64,000 bases of DNA from Eledone cirrhosa (taxonomy: Eukaryota): NCBI GenBank assembly GCA_964016885.1, contig OZ024742.1, positions 147,994,001 to 148,058,000 of the forward strand. The letters are read 5' to 3'. The notes below the pieces were generated by a model. That model saw only the letters and a list, made by a program, of their open reading frames with translations, made no database searches and had not been told where the DNA came from. Shown here piece after piece: positions 40,226-52,565 of this stretch. How positions within the stretch are numbered: position 1 is the first letter of the stretch; each line of letters starts with the position of its first letter. Position numbers and translations under genes: made by a program.

Positions 40226-41415
40226 ATGAAAACTAAAGAAACCCACAAAACTGGCAGGTCCAGTGCGACCTACAAGATAAAGTGGGAAGCATTGATGGAT
40301 AAGGAAGTCAGTACCAGGTATGCAGATACTATTACATCCAAATTCAAAGAATTGCCTATGCAAACTGAGGACGCTGAGACGAAATGGAGATTGTTCAGTG
40401 CAGCAGTTTCTGCTTCAGCTGTTAAATACTGCTGGCAAAAGAGACTTGGTGTGGCGCCGGATGGCAGGAAGACTCCTTGGGTCAATCAAGAGGTCAAAGA
40501 TGCCATCCGAGCAAAAAAGGAGGCTTACAAAGCTTGGTTTCGAAATAAGTCCCCTTCTTGCACTTGCGACACAAGCAGGCACGAAGGATCGCAGCAGAGA
40601 CAGTAAAAGCGTCCAAAGTTAAGACACGAGGAGGACTTTGGGATTAAGCTGGAATCCGACTTCAGATCAGTAAATAAAGTGTTCTGGCAGACCACCCTGC
40701 TATCAGGAACGCGTCAAGAGTTATTCTCTCTTCAGAGACGTGTATCCTCTCGAGGTGGTGAGAATACTTTGTTGATCTTCTAAACCCGATCGCAACAGCA
40801 TCTTCGGATGTACACGAGGTGCATCTGGGAGCGTTGACTAATCTCTCAGAAGCTGAGGTAACAAGAGTAGTTAAAGAGGTGATATATGGCAAAGCCGCTG
40901 GGGAAGACGAAATCAGGCCCGAGGTGTTAAAAGCCTTAAATAGTGAAGGTATTCTCAGGTTCGCTCGTGTGTGCTGGGTGGCCTGGATCTCTGGAAAGGC
41001 ACCTAAGCAATGATAATCGGGAGTGATAATTCCAATTTTCAAAAAGGGAGACAAGAAAGATTGTCCCAATTACAGAGGGGTCTCCTTGTTAAGCCACTCC
41101 AGTCCATGCTAAGTGTATGGCAAAGAGATGCAGGGAGATTGTCAAGTCCAAGTTAGCTGATAAACAGTGTGGTTTTCGCCCCGAACGCAGCACAGCCGAC
41201 CAAAATTTACACTGTGGCAGGTATTCGAGAAATCGTGGGAGTATTGCTAAGAAGTATATTCTTGTTTTGTCGACCCGGAGAAGGCATATGACCACGTTCC
41301 TCGGGACCTGCAGTGGAAGGTTGTGCAGGAGTATGGTGTCGATGGTCAGCTTCTTACTGACCTGATGTCTCTATACGAATGCCCGAGTTTTTGTGTTAGG
41401 ATAAATGGGGCTAAT
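40226..41415 (+). pseudogene. RTE-clade LINE fragment (tether and RT N-terminal half), cut by a SINE piece at 41419-41486
   Basis: KTPWVNQEVKDAIRAKKEAYKAW, GKAAGEDEIRPEVLK, IPIFKKGDKKDCPNYRG, KQCGFRPERSTADQ. Confidence 0.88.
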
Positions 41416-41735
41416 CGATCCAGTACTTGACTGGTACTTTATTTTATCGACCCCGGAAGGATTAAAGGCAAAGTTGACTTCGGCGTGAGAATCTGCTTAA
41501 TAATTCTTTCTTTATTTATTTTTCATCTATTGAACCTACTTAATAACGAGAAAGTTATTCCAAATTCTTCATTATTTTCAAAATAATTTGAAAGTTATAA
41601 GTAGTATTTTTCAAAAGAAATAAGGTAATGAAAGGGTTAAAAACGAAATTCTTTTAAATAGCAAGCAACCTAAGTTAAAAAAAAGAAAAAAGAACCATGC
41701 AGTCGTGAAAAATAGCGGAATCCGCTTCTTGTAGC

Positions 41736-41906
41736 TAGTGCCGAATTTACCATTGTGCTTAGGTGTGCTTTAGCACAGGGCTCCGTTGGCCAGGGGGGTA
41801 GGGTGAGTATCTTCCTGCCAAATTTTGTTAACCTCCTTCAGGGTATTAGTAAGGGGCCTCATAACTTAACTAGCACAGGGCCTCATTTGTCCTAAATCCG
41901 GCACTT
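41736..41906. mobile_element. hAT-type MITE
   Basis: Imperfect TIRs tagtgccgaattta / taaatccggcact; repeated tagcacagggc subterminal motif. Confidence 0.7.
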
Positions 41907-42050
41907 CGTGGCAACCCCGCAGAGAAGTAAATGAAGCCATTGCTACCAGGAATCTAAAATAGGTCACGGACACGGTTTGCTGAAAACATAACTTCGTACA
42001 ACAGATAATTAATAAATGAATGAAGACATTATACTTTATTTATATCAATC

Positions 42051-42097
<47 letters not shown>

Positions 42098-42560
42098 ATA
42101 TATATTTGTATATATATTTCTATATATATTTGTATATATATGTATATACATACCTTTTTACCTTCCAATATAACTATATAGCCACCTGTCAAACTGTGTT
42201 TATACAATCATTTATAAATAAATGTATACATACACCACCGGACTCTCATATATCATTCTCATATATTCAAACACACACACATACAGACCCCCCCCCCCCA
42301 CACACACAAATGTGTGTGTGTTTGAACAATAAAAACAAAAGTCAGGTGCAGCTCTCTACCTACACCTGACTTCTGTTTTTATTGTTCAAACACATGACTC
42401 TGTAACCCGGACGAATTTTCTTTGAGGATACCGTAGGCGGTGATCCCCTACCACAAGAACTACCGGTTACACTGCCGAATCTCACTGTAACCATCCTTCC
42501 AAGGGCACATTAAGTTCTAACAACGTTATCAGCCGCCACACCGCTACCAGGTGCACTCTG

Positions 42561-42689
<129 letters not shown>

Positions 42690-42812
42690 AAACCTTTCGG
42701 TAAACATTCAAATCAAGCCGTCGACGCATTTATTCTACATCGGAAAAACGGAGTATATTTAGAATGAGAAAATGCGAAGTAGTTTCAGATGTTAAAGTCC
42801 TTTATTGGTAAT

Positions 42813-42887
42813 GCTGTGATACATATTTCAATGACGACAGTGGCCACACGATTCCGTGTACCCAGTGCCGTGGCATCATCAGACAGC
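42813..42887 (-). ncRNA. Type I hammerhead ribozyme followed by AATAAA
   Basis: gctgt-CTGATGA-long imperfect stem II-GAAA-tatgta-TC-acagc; family match at 46691-46768. Confidence 0.78.
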
Positions 42888-43056
42888 TTCTTATATAATA
42901 AGGTTACGTTCCCAATAATTCCGTCTTTCTTATTTCAATATAAAGTTCCGCTAGAAATTTCAAAGAATCAGTGTTAAATCTCTGACGTCATCAAGATAGT
43001 TTTTATTTACTTTCATTCCTTGGATCAATTTACCACAATTTAATGTTCTTCATATG

Positions 43057-43325
43057 TCGGATAGAATGCTTTATGGTATTCATTCCGGCACTCTCTGAGT
43101 TCAAATCTCGCCGAGGTCAACTTTGCCTTTCATTCTTTGGAGGTCGATAAAAAAAGTACCAGTCTAGTACTGGGTCGACTCTTCCTCTAAATCTCTTTCT
43201 CATTTCCCCTTTTTCACTTTGTATCTTTCTCTGGAAGAAATCTGCTGTATTCAGAGCTGGAGAGGGATGAGCTCTACCAGGCTTAAAATGCCCAAGAACC
43301 GCCGCATCAGGAGTTGCGGGACTAT
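43057..43325 (+). mobile_element. SINE family 1 variant with an alternative long 3' tail (homolog at 54470-54745, minus)
   Basis: Shared tail ...tctctggaagaaat.t.ctgtatt.aga.ctggagagg...ccagg.ttaaaatgccc at both loci. Confidence 0.78.
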
Positions 43326-43971
43326 ACAACCAATGTTCTTCATATTGTCAGAAGATGATAAATATTTGTAAAAGGAAAATGATATATTCAACAAAAAAGT
43401 TAGAAATAAGCAGTTTACCTATGGCTGCCAGTTCACTCTATGTTGACTTCTTTTTCGCCATCAATTGAATAATTTCAACGCTGCAGTTAGCCACATCAAA
43501 ACCTCTTTTACAGAAGTTTTATATCTTAATAGTATGGACATATTTATAATTAGCAGAGTAATGTTACAGTATACTCAGTAGCTGGATTTTTTTATAATTT
43601 ATATCTTGTTTCACATAAGATGTCATTTTTTCTTTTATGTTTACATTTATTTAGAGGGAGCTAACATTTCATCAATCATTATGATAGAGTGCATTACTGG
43701 TACTTTATTTTACGGGGTCGATACGATAAAGTACCAGTAATGCACTGGGTAATTGGTGGCTTTGTGCCAAAAGTAGAAACAATTATGATAGAGGGCAAAT
43801 AATATGCAGATGTAGTAAGATTAGAACGGTGGGGACTGAGCAAAACCAACACCAACATTGGGTTGCTAGGCATAAAGCAGCTACTGTAGTCAAACAGCAC
43901 ACAAATACAAGATAAAATTACTTTAATTGGTGACTAATTTATCAAGAGCTTAATTATATATATATATATGT

Positions 43972-44714
43972 ATAAAATATTAAAAAAATAATGAATAAAA
44001 CAATGAAACAGTTCCTTATATTAAACAAAAAAAAGTTCATTATTTAACGATCGTTTCTAGGACATATATGTGTTAGAATTGGCATGCATATTCAAAAGAT
44101 CTATGTACAAAATTATACAAACTATCAAAGAGAATATAAATACCATCACATATATATGCTGTCTTCAGAAATAATGAAGTATATTTATTGATAATAACAA
44201 CAATTCAAAATTACAGGTCTGTTTGGGAACAGATTTTAAATAGACCAATGAAATACATAAAAATTCATCAAGAAAATACAGTTAGGTGTGTGTATATATT
44301 CAAGTAACTTCGTTCACAGATATGCATAAAAATGTATGTTCACATGCATACGCATGTCGAAAAAGTGTATGTAAATATAAAAATTCAGGGCTAATGTCTA
44401 CTATGTAAACACATATTATGATTTAAATGCAGATTAATATTCTATGTTCCTTGAAACCTATATTTACTATTTCCCACTAATAATTTTAATCCTAGAAACG
44501 ATCGTTAAATAATGAACTTTTTTTTGTTTAATATAAGGAACTGTTTCATTGTTTTATTCATTATTTTTTTTATATTTTATCTTGACTCTGTATTCCGTTT
44601 ATCTTTCACCGAAAGTAATTTTTGAATGCATCTCTTCTTTCCATGATATCCGGATTACATTGAGTTCTTCATACGGATTGGACACTACCGTAAACTTTTG
44701 GTAGATTTATCTAC
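43972..44714. mobile_element. Penelope-like inverted cassette in (TA)n
   Basis: 90-bp arms 43972-44061 and 44490-44580; the right arm continues ~135 bp to ...atctac(AT)n. Confidence 0.8.
44036..44178 (-). ncRNA. Type I hammerhead ribozyme with greatly extended stem-loop II
   Basis: ttcattattt-CTGAAGA-cagcatatatatgtg...cacatatatgtccta-GAAA-CGATCG-TT-aaataatgaa; perfect 10-bp stem I. Confidence 0.75.
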
Positions 44715-44717
44715 ATA

Positions 44718-44771
<54 letters not shown>

Positions 44772-44775
<4 letters not shown>

Positions 44776-45631
44776 AAACACAAAACGTGTTTGCATTGCA
44801 ACAGACAAAGTTAGCTATTAATGAAATAAACTAATTAAAGTGAATACAATTTGTCTGTCTCGATATAAGTCAATAAAGACAAGCTTATATTGGCAAAGGC
44901 CGTGATTCCTGGACAAATCAAAATTTCAAAATCCAAACCCGCTCCGTAGATGAATTTGAATTTCGAAACCTAAATATGTTTCGCAACGATGGTACGTGAA
45001 TTGAAAAATAAAGAGAATCGAAATGGAATTGAAATAAAAAGTGAAATACCCAAATCTTCTGTGCTTATCAACAGGAACCCAGTAAAATTAACATATCTCA
45101 CCATCAAAAATGTTGCAGGTCTGACTACACGTGTGTCTAGCCAGGCCAAAGTAGCCGTCCCGCATTCCCGGTGCTAGAAATAACAGCCGTTTGTGCGGGA
45201 TTAAAGATCAGCTCTACAGTTAAGGAGCAATATACTATATTATAATTTGAGATTAAACTCTCAGTCGTTTACAATTCAGTTATTTCAATTCCATTTCGAT
45301 TCTCTTTATTTTTCAATTCACGTACCATCATTGCGAAACATATTTAGGTTTCGAAATTCAAATTCATCTACGGAGCGGGTTTGGATTTTGAAATTTTGAT
45401 TTGTCCAGGAATCACGGCCTTTGCCAATATAAGCTTGTCTTTATTGACTTATATCGAGACAGACAAATTGTATTCACTTTAATTAGTTTATTTCATTAAT
45501 AGCTAACTTTGTCTGTTGCAATGCAAACACGTTTTGTGTTTATCATATATATTTAACTGCTCGGAAAGGCCCCTTTCTTGGAGCTGATTTATTGTAAACG
45601 ACTGAGAGTTTAATCTCAAATTATAATATAG

Positions 45632-45632
<1 letters not shown>
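44772..45632. repeat. Interleaved inverted repeats between (TA)n tracts
   Basis: ~265-bp arms 44772-45037 / 45279-45545 (about 1 mismatch) and ~41-bp arms 45234-45274 / 45591-45632. Confidence 0.92.
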
Positions 45633-45660
<28 letters not shown>

Positions 45661-45665
<5 letters not shown>

Positions 45666-46479
45666 AAATATATGGAGAATAGAAATGGCTGTGTAGTTGC
45701 TATTTAAGGTGACTTAAAATGCAAAGGGAATACGAAGAAAGCAAGAACGGGGGTGGGGGGAGTTTTCCTCATCAGTTTCTACTGGGGGTCTCGGATATTT
45801 CTACGCTTTAAAGACAATATACCTCGCCCTAGGGTGTCAATAACTGGATAAGTTATTGGGAAAACGGAGGAAGGTGGGAAGGAAAGAAAAGGGGAAGAAA
45901 AGAGAAAGCAGTAACAAAACAGCGAAAAAACAACAACAAACCGAGCAATGTGCGAGCAACTATAGGTAGGAAATCCAAGACCACTCGATAAGAGAACTTA
46001 AGTTCAAGACTGAGTGGTCGAGAGGAAGGAGAGAGACACATGGATGATCGCCGCAGTTGTAAGTGAGAAGAGAACTGCTAAACGGTCAGGCGAGGGGGTG
46101 AAAGTGAGAGGGAGAAAGGGAGAGGAAGAAAGTGGAGTAAGAGTAGATAGGGAGAAGGGGAGGGGAAGAAAGAGGGGTGAGAGTAGAAAGTAGCGAAATG
46201 GGTAGGTAGAAGGGGAGAGAAGAAAGGTCACAGCGAAAAACATGATGAAATATATGGAGAATAGAAATGGCTGTGTAGTTGCTATTTAAGGTAACTTAAA
46301 ATCCAGTGGGAATACGAAGAAAGCAAGAACGGGGGGGGGGTTCTCATCAGTTGTCTACTGGGGATCTCGGATATTTCTACGCTTTAAAGACAATATACCT
46401 CGCCCCAGGGCGTCAATAACTGGATAAGTTATTGGGAAAACGGAGGAAGGAGGGAAGGAAAGCAAAGGGGGAAGAAAAG
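45661..46479 (-). mobile_element. Partial-tandem pLTR-like direct repeat (45661-45902, 46243-46479)
   Basis: ~240-bp direct repeats starting at (TA)n; each has minus-strand CTGATGA but an eroded GAAA; purine-rich spacer like the Penelope relic at 55-57 kb. Confidence 0.55.
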
Positions 46480-46573
46480 GGATACACACAATAAAATATT
46501 GATGCAATTTAATTCAAGAACTCAACGTACTTTTTACGCATAGGAATGACGGATTGTTTATAGAATAATAGTT

Positions 46574-46625
<52 letters not shown>

Positions 46626-46690
46626 ATTTACTTATTTATAGAATAATGAAATACAAAGTAGATCAGATGTTAAACTTCCTTTATTGAAAG

Positions 46691-46768
46691 GCCGTTATAT
46701 ATATTTCGATGACAGCAGAGGCCACGTAATTCCGTGTTAAATCCCATGTCATGATCTCACCAGACAGC
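46691..46768 (-). ncRNA. Degenerate hammerhead (core CTGGTGA), family of 42813
   Basis: gctgt-CTGGTGA-gat...atc-GAAA-TATATA-TA-acggc. Confidence 0.65.
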
Positions 46769-47320
46769 TTCTTACATAGCATGAACTCTCTGAGCCTTTA
46801 AGAATGAAGAAAGGAACCTACATAAAACTGGGCTGTTGCGGTTTGGGGTGGGGGTGGGGTGTATTGTTTTACGCCTGCGCACAGCCGTAGGAGCTGATCG
46901 AAGCTCATAGGGGAACAGACGATCACTTCAAAAGCATCGTGTTCGTCCGTTGTCACTTTGAACTTGAATTGCCTAATATAAGTAACCTTATTACTTTGGT
47001 TTATTTGATTTTAATCCTTTGTCCTTTATATATATTTCTACTACATTGTACCGACTTTTCTGAGATACTTATAAAAAAAAAACACACACACACACACACA
47101 AAAATCTATATTTATATATATTGACAAACAATGAAAGAAAAAAAAAGAACAAGAATGAGTATGAATCCATTGTTTTACAATCGTTTCGGTTTTGTGGAAA
47201 AGGTACGATATGGATGTATAAATGTATGTACGTATAAATTGTTCATAGTACTACATGAATAAATGTCTGCTTTTCAACTAAGTACACGCATCACTGATAC
47301 CTTGAGTTCTAACATAATAA

Positions 47321-47351
<31 letters not shown>

Positions 47352-47380
47352 TGTATGTATGTATGTATGTATGTATGTAT

Positions 47381-48440
47381 GGGCGGAAGAACTCATAAGA
47401 GTTAACGGCCATCCGAAATTGTGTAAATATGTATATAGACATGTACCGCCCGGTTAAACCACTGGGAGTGAAAGACCCCTAGCCTTTGTCAGGGCATTCT
47501 TCTAGGAGAAGACAACTTAGGAAACTGGGATAACTCCGATATAAAACCTACGGCTCAGTAGTTACCGATGATGTTGATCTTTTCTTCTTTTCGCTCAGAG
47601 AGTGGGATTGGCTCAGTGCACAGTCTTTCCTCGCTTTAAAAAATATCTTCACGCACAGGCATTGCACGGTAGAATTAATTAATAATTATTAATAATGGTG
47701 TATCGTGCAATGGCCATACTCGATAACGAGGGGGCAGCCATCATGTATGTATGTATGTATGTATGTATGTATGTATGTATGTATGTATGTATGTATGTAT
47801 GTATGTATGTATGTATGTCAGGTCACCAGTTGGTGCTACTGGTAACATGTATCCCAGTACAACCTGTCTCATGGTCGGGTCGTTGGCGACTAAACTGGCA
47901 ACCCCACCAAGGTTTCTTGGTGAGGAGGGTGACTTTGGACATCCTGCAGGACTAAAAACAAAACCTGTCAAAGGGAAAAGGAGCTCTTAAGAGTCAATGG
48001 CCATCCAAAATCACCGGGAGAGATGACCCCATAGCCTTTGTCAAGGCAGAATTCTAGGAGAAGGAAAACTCTGATATAACGCCTGCAACCCTGATGGTAT
48101 CCAATGGTGTTGACTTGTTCTTCTTTTTGGTAAATATCATCTTGGTTAAGAGAGTGGGACTGGCTTTATGCAGTGCCTTTGCTCACTATAAAAGCTTCAC
48201 GGCACAGGCATTGCTTTATATCTGGAGATCTCTCTGCACTTGTCATCACATGGTACCATGGGCCCAGCACTATGTGTCAATAATTATCAGAAGTGTAGTG
48301 TTTGTACCAGAGTTTTCAAGTCGCTGGCTGGACTAAAAAGTCACACTCGTTCAGCGCATCGGTAGGGGTTCTCTTACATGGATATAAAGTAGTGGCCGTA
48401 CTCGAAAACGAGTTGACAGCCACCATGTATGTATGTATGG
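47381..48440 (+). mobile_element. Two tandem non-coding retroposons (47381-47742, 47819-48425) punctuated by (ATGT)n
   Basis: Shared body (ctaggagaag..aac..., gagagtggga.tggct) and shared 3' end tggcc.tactcga.aacgag..g.cagcca.c-(ATGT)n; the first copy is 5'-truncated. Confidence 0.75.
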
Positions 48441-48722
48441 TCTTCTGGTTTTATAATTTCACAAATTTTTGCCAATAGAGAGAGAGTCTCTCATTGGAAT
48501 TTACGCAACATCATCTAGGTAGATATGTCTGCATGTCTGCATGCATGTGTAGATATGGATGTTATTGTATGTGTGGATGTGGATGTTTTGAGTTGTATGT
48601 GTGCATGTGTATATGCTTAGTATCTGTACATGTGTATATGCAGTTATTAGATGCAAAATTTTTCGAATGTTTTACATATTTTTACTGTTCCATTAATCGA
48701 TTGTACTTATGTATGTATGTAT

Positions 48723-48797
<75 letters not shown>

Positions 48798-49104
48798 TGC
48801 GCGCGTTACTATGTTGCACATTTTATACACAAAGTACATTGTCTATTTCTAGTCGTAATTTATTTTATTTATTTATTTATCACTCTTCTTGTCGAAAGAT
48901 ACCAGTCAATTTCCCTGTCCATTCCTTGTTTGTTATCGTCTCACATGCATCTTACCAATAGAGTGGTTATCCAATCTGTTGCACCATATTGCATCACAAG
49001 GACAGTACCACCTTAATGTGCGAATCTGCACTGCCAGCAAGGTGACCGATAAGATAAAAATGCAAGTGTCTGTTTGTCGTTCCTACGCAAATAACCATAA
49101 TAAT

Positions 49105-50004
49105 AGTCGACTTTAATGACAAGCAACTGTTTGAGCTGGTGGAAGACGACCCATACCAAATATCATGGCAACTCTCTGAAGTGCTTGGGGCATCGAAAAC
49201 GACCACCCTCAATCACTTGCATGCAATAGGAATGGTGTCCAAGCTGGACTAATGGGTGCCCCATTACATAATCGTAAATGTCGAGCGACAGCAGCGACTT
49301 TTCTGCTCTTCTACTATTCTGCTCTTCTACTTTTCTGCTCTTCTACTATTGCACAACCAACTGGTTGAGTTCCATTGTCACTGGTGATGAAAAATTATGT
49401 CTCTACATTAATGTCAAACACAAGCAGTCATGGGTTAATAAAGAGAGTGTGCCATAATGGCAAGCAAAGGCTGGCCTCTACCCTCGCAAGGCCTTATTGA
49501 AATTCTGGTGGGATTGGAAAGGTGTCATCCACTAGGAGCTGCTTCCACCGAACATTAACATAACCTCTGACGTATATTACTAGCAACCTGGCAGATCAAC
49601 GGCAAAATTCGCACAGGTACGCCCACATCTTGGTTCTGTTCGTTTCTTTCATGATAATGCTAGGGTGCATTCGTCAAGGATGACCCGTGGGAAGTTGCTG
49701 AAGTTAGGTTGAGATGTTCTGTTCCACTCGCCGTATTCACCCGACCTCGCACCTAGAGACTATCACCTTTTTTCTCTTAATTAGCAATACAGTGCAGTCA
49801 AAGACTTTCGCCAATGAAGACCAGTTAAATCAAGGGCTGACGGAATTCTTTGCATTGAAGACTTCCTAAACGACGGTAGACGTTAACTGCAAATGGTGGC
49901 AATTATTTTTACAAAAAATTTACAAAAAATTTTCCTAATGATAAAAAATGCCAAAATGAATAAAACATTTGAAAAACGGCAAAAACTTTCTGTACAACCT
50001 AATA
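49105..50004 (+). pseudogene. mariner (DD34D) transposase relic with 3' TIR
   Basis: WVPH, IVTGDEK, FWWDWKGVIH, HDNAR, YSPDLAP-DYHLF motifs with stops; end ...ctttctgtacaacctaa-TA. Confidence 0.9.
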
Positions 50005-50564
50005 TAAATCCATAAAACTATATGGTTGATGAATAACCAAGATTTACGGGGAAAGTCAGCATTGGTAGTTATCGTGATTACCATAAGATACTGCCATCAA
50101 ATCTTTATGAGGAAAATAGGGAGCTACACCTTGTTAAAAAAATTAAATAAAATGCCAGCTCATGCAACGATAAGGTTTTTATATATAGTTGCCTGTATAT
50201 CCGTTGAGAATAAATTAATGCACGAGTAACATGATGTACAGAGGACTGCGAATTCATTCAGAATATTAATGGAAAACATTTATTTAATCTGTTACTGGAA
50301 ATCATATAATTCACTCAATCACCAAATTTGTATTGGAATCTCCCTTGTTGATTCTGATGACTTCTATTTCCTGTCTCATTACTACACACACAAACACACA
50401 CGCGCGCGCGCGCGCACAACAAATGTTTGCAAGCACACAAGCAAACCCCCACCATTTATGAACGAACAAAAATAGGCACAATTGTTATAACAGATGTTTT
50501 CAGTACTAACATTTTAGCAATGGATTGTGAGTTTTGTTCACACACACACACATACATATATGTA

Positions 50565-50652
<88 letters not shown>

Positions 50653-51084
50653 AATATGTCTGTGTGAATATATATATATATGTGTACGTATGAATGTGTA
50701 TATGTGTATATGTATGAATATAATTTGAAATGTCGTCGCAACGCAAATGCCCACAATAATAGTTGCTTACTATTAATTTCATTAACTTCATATATTTAAC
50801 AAAAATTCATTAATGTATCACGTAAAACTTTACTTTTAAAACAGTGCCTCACCGGTAAGATCTGCTCTATTTTATATATATATACACGAGCTGAATTAAA
50901 CTAAGCATTGAAAATTATTAATCATTCGTCAATTTTACGTGATCCCACCGATTACAGTGTTGTATCCAATGCTACATTTTTAATACGAACCAACAAAGAA
51001 GTTTTAACATGTTCGTTCACTTGTCAGAAATAGAAACGAAATGTCCCTCAAAGCTTAGTGAAAAACCTATTGGATAATATAATC

Positions 51085-52155
51085 TGATGCACAGTATTCC
51101 TGAATATGGCTTAATATCCTTTTACCATTCCACCGCCAGTTAATGGAATGCTTTTCCGATATTATCAGAAACCCCGAAAAGTTTCCAAACTGGCTCACAT
51201 TAGGGATAACATACCTACTTCCTAAAAGAAGCGACCCCCCCCCCCCAAAAAAAAAAAAATACAGGCAGATCACTAGTTTGACAACTATGTACAAAATACT
51301 TACATGCATCCTTATCGAAAAGATGTACTAATTTCTCGATCAAAACAGCATTCTTCCTCTTGAGCAAAAAAGATGCAAAGGAAACTCATACGACTGCAAA
51401 GACCAGCTATTAATAAACTGAATGATACTCGAAAATTGCTCATCGAAAAATTAAAATCTTAGCATAGTGTAGATTGATTATCGTAAGGCGTTTGACAGTG
51501 TCCCACATAGCTGGATCTCTCCTTTCGTAAAAGGTTTTCAGCAACATAGTCCGGAATTGCGAAACACGAAATTGTTTTTCAGCCACGAGAAAGGCTTGAA
51601 TGCCTCAAAAAATATCAAAATAGATCGTAGAATATTCCAGGGCGATTCACTTTCTCCTCTTCTCTTCTGTCTTTCTCTCACTCCCCTGTTCTCTGAGTTG
51701 AATAGAACAAATTACGGTTACAAAAGTTTTAATAAGATCATCTCACACTTTTTCTACACGAATGTTATGAAATTATATGCAAAAGATGACAAAGATCTGA
51801 AATGGCTACTGGTAACTGTGAACAAATTCAGTGATGGCATCAACATGGAATTTAGCCTAGATAAGTGTACAAAAGCTACATTTAAACGCGGTAAATTGTT
51901 AACTACTACTTCGACTCAATTTGATAATTATACAACTATCAAGGATCTGGATCAAAAAGACTTTTATAAGTATCTTGGTGTAAACGAAGGGAATCGGATT
52001 CAGCCCGGGTCAATGAAAGAGAAGACCAAGAAAAAATATTATAGACGTGTTAGAATGGTCCTGAATACTGATCTGAGCACCCCAAATTGAATTGAAGCTT
52101 TAAACTCTCTGGCTGTGCCTGTTGTCCAGTATAGCTTTAATATCATCAGTTGGAA
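51085..52155 (+). pseudogene. R4/Dong-like non-LTR retrotransposon RT relic
   Basis: GITYLLPK..YRQITSL..MYKILT, CKDQLLIN, IDYRKAFDSVPHSWI, IFQGDSLSPLLF, FSLDKC, YKYLGV. Confidence 0.82.
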
Positions 52156-52165
52156 TAATAATAAT

Positions 52166-52565
52166 TCTTTCTACTTTTGGCACAAAGCCAGCAATTATTC
52201 CAGTGTATTACTGGTATTTTATTTTATCGACCCCGTAAGGATGAAAGGCAAAGTTAACCTCGGCGGGATTTGAATTCAGTCCGTAAAGGGACGTAACTGT
52301 GCTGCAAAGCATGGCGTCCGACCCTCTACCGATACTGCCAATCCACCGCCCGTTGGAATAATAATAATGGTTTCTTATATAGGCACAAGGCCAGCAATTT
52401 TTTTTTGGGGGGGGGGAGGGAAAAGTCGATGAAATTGACCCCAGTGCGTGACTGGTACTTTATTTTATCGACCCCGTAAGGATGAAAGGCAAAGTTAACC
52501 TCGGCGGGATTTGAACTCATAACGAAAAGGGCCATAACTCTATGTTGCAAAGCATGGTGTCTGAA
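52166..52565 (-). mobile_element. SINE (52166-52351) inserted at the tail of another SINE (52369-52565)
   Basis: 17-bp TSD gttggaataataataat at 52149-52165 and 52352-52368. Confidence 0.92.
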
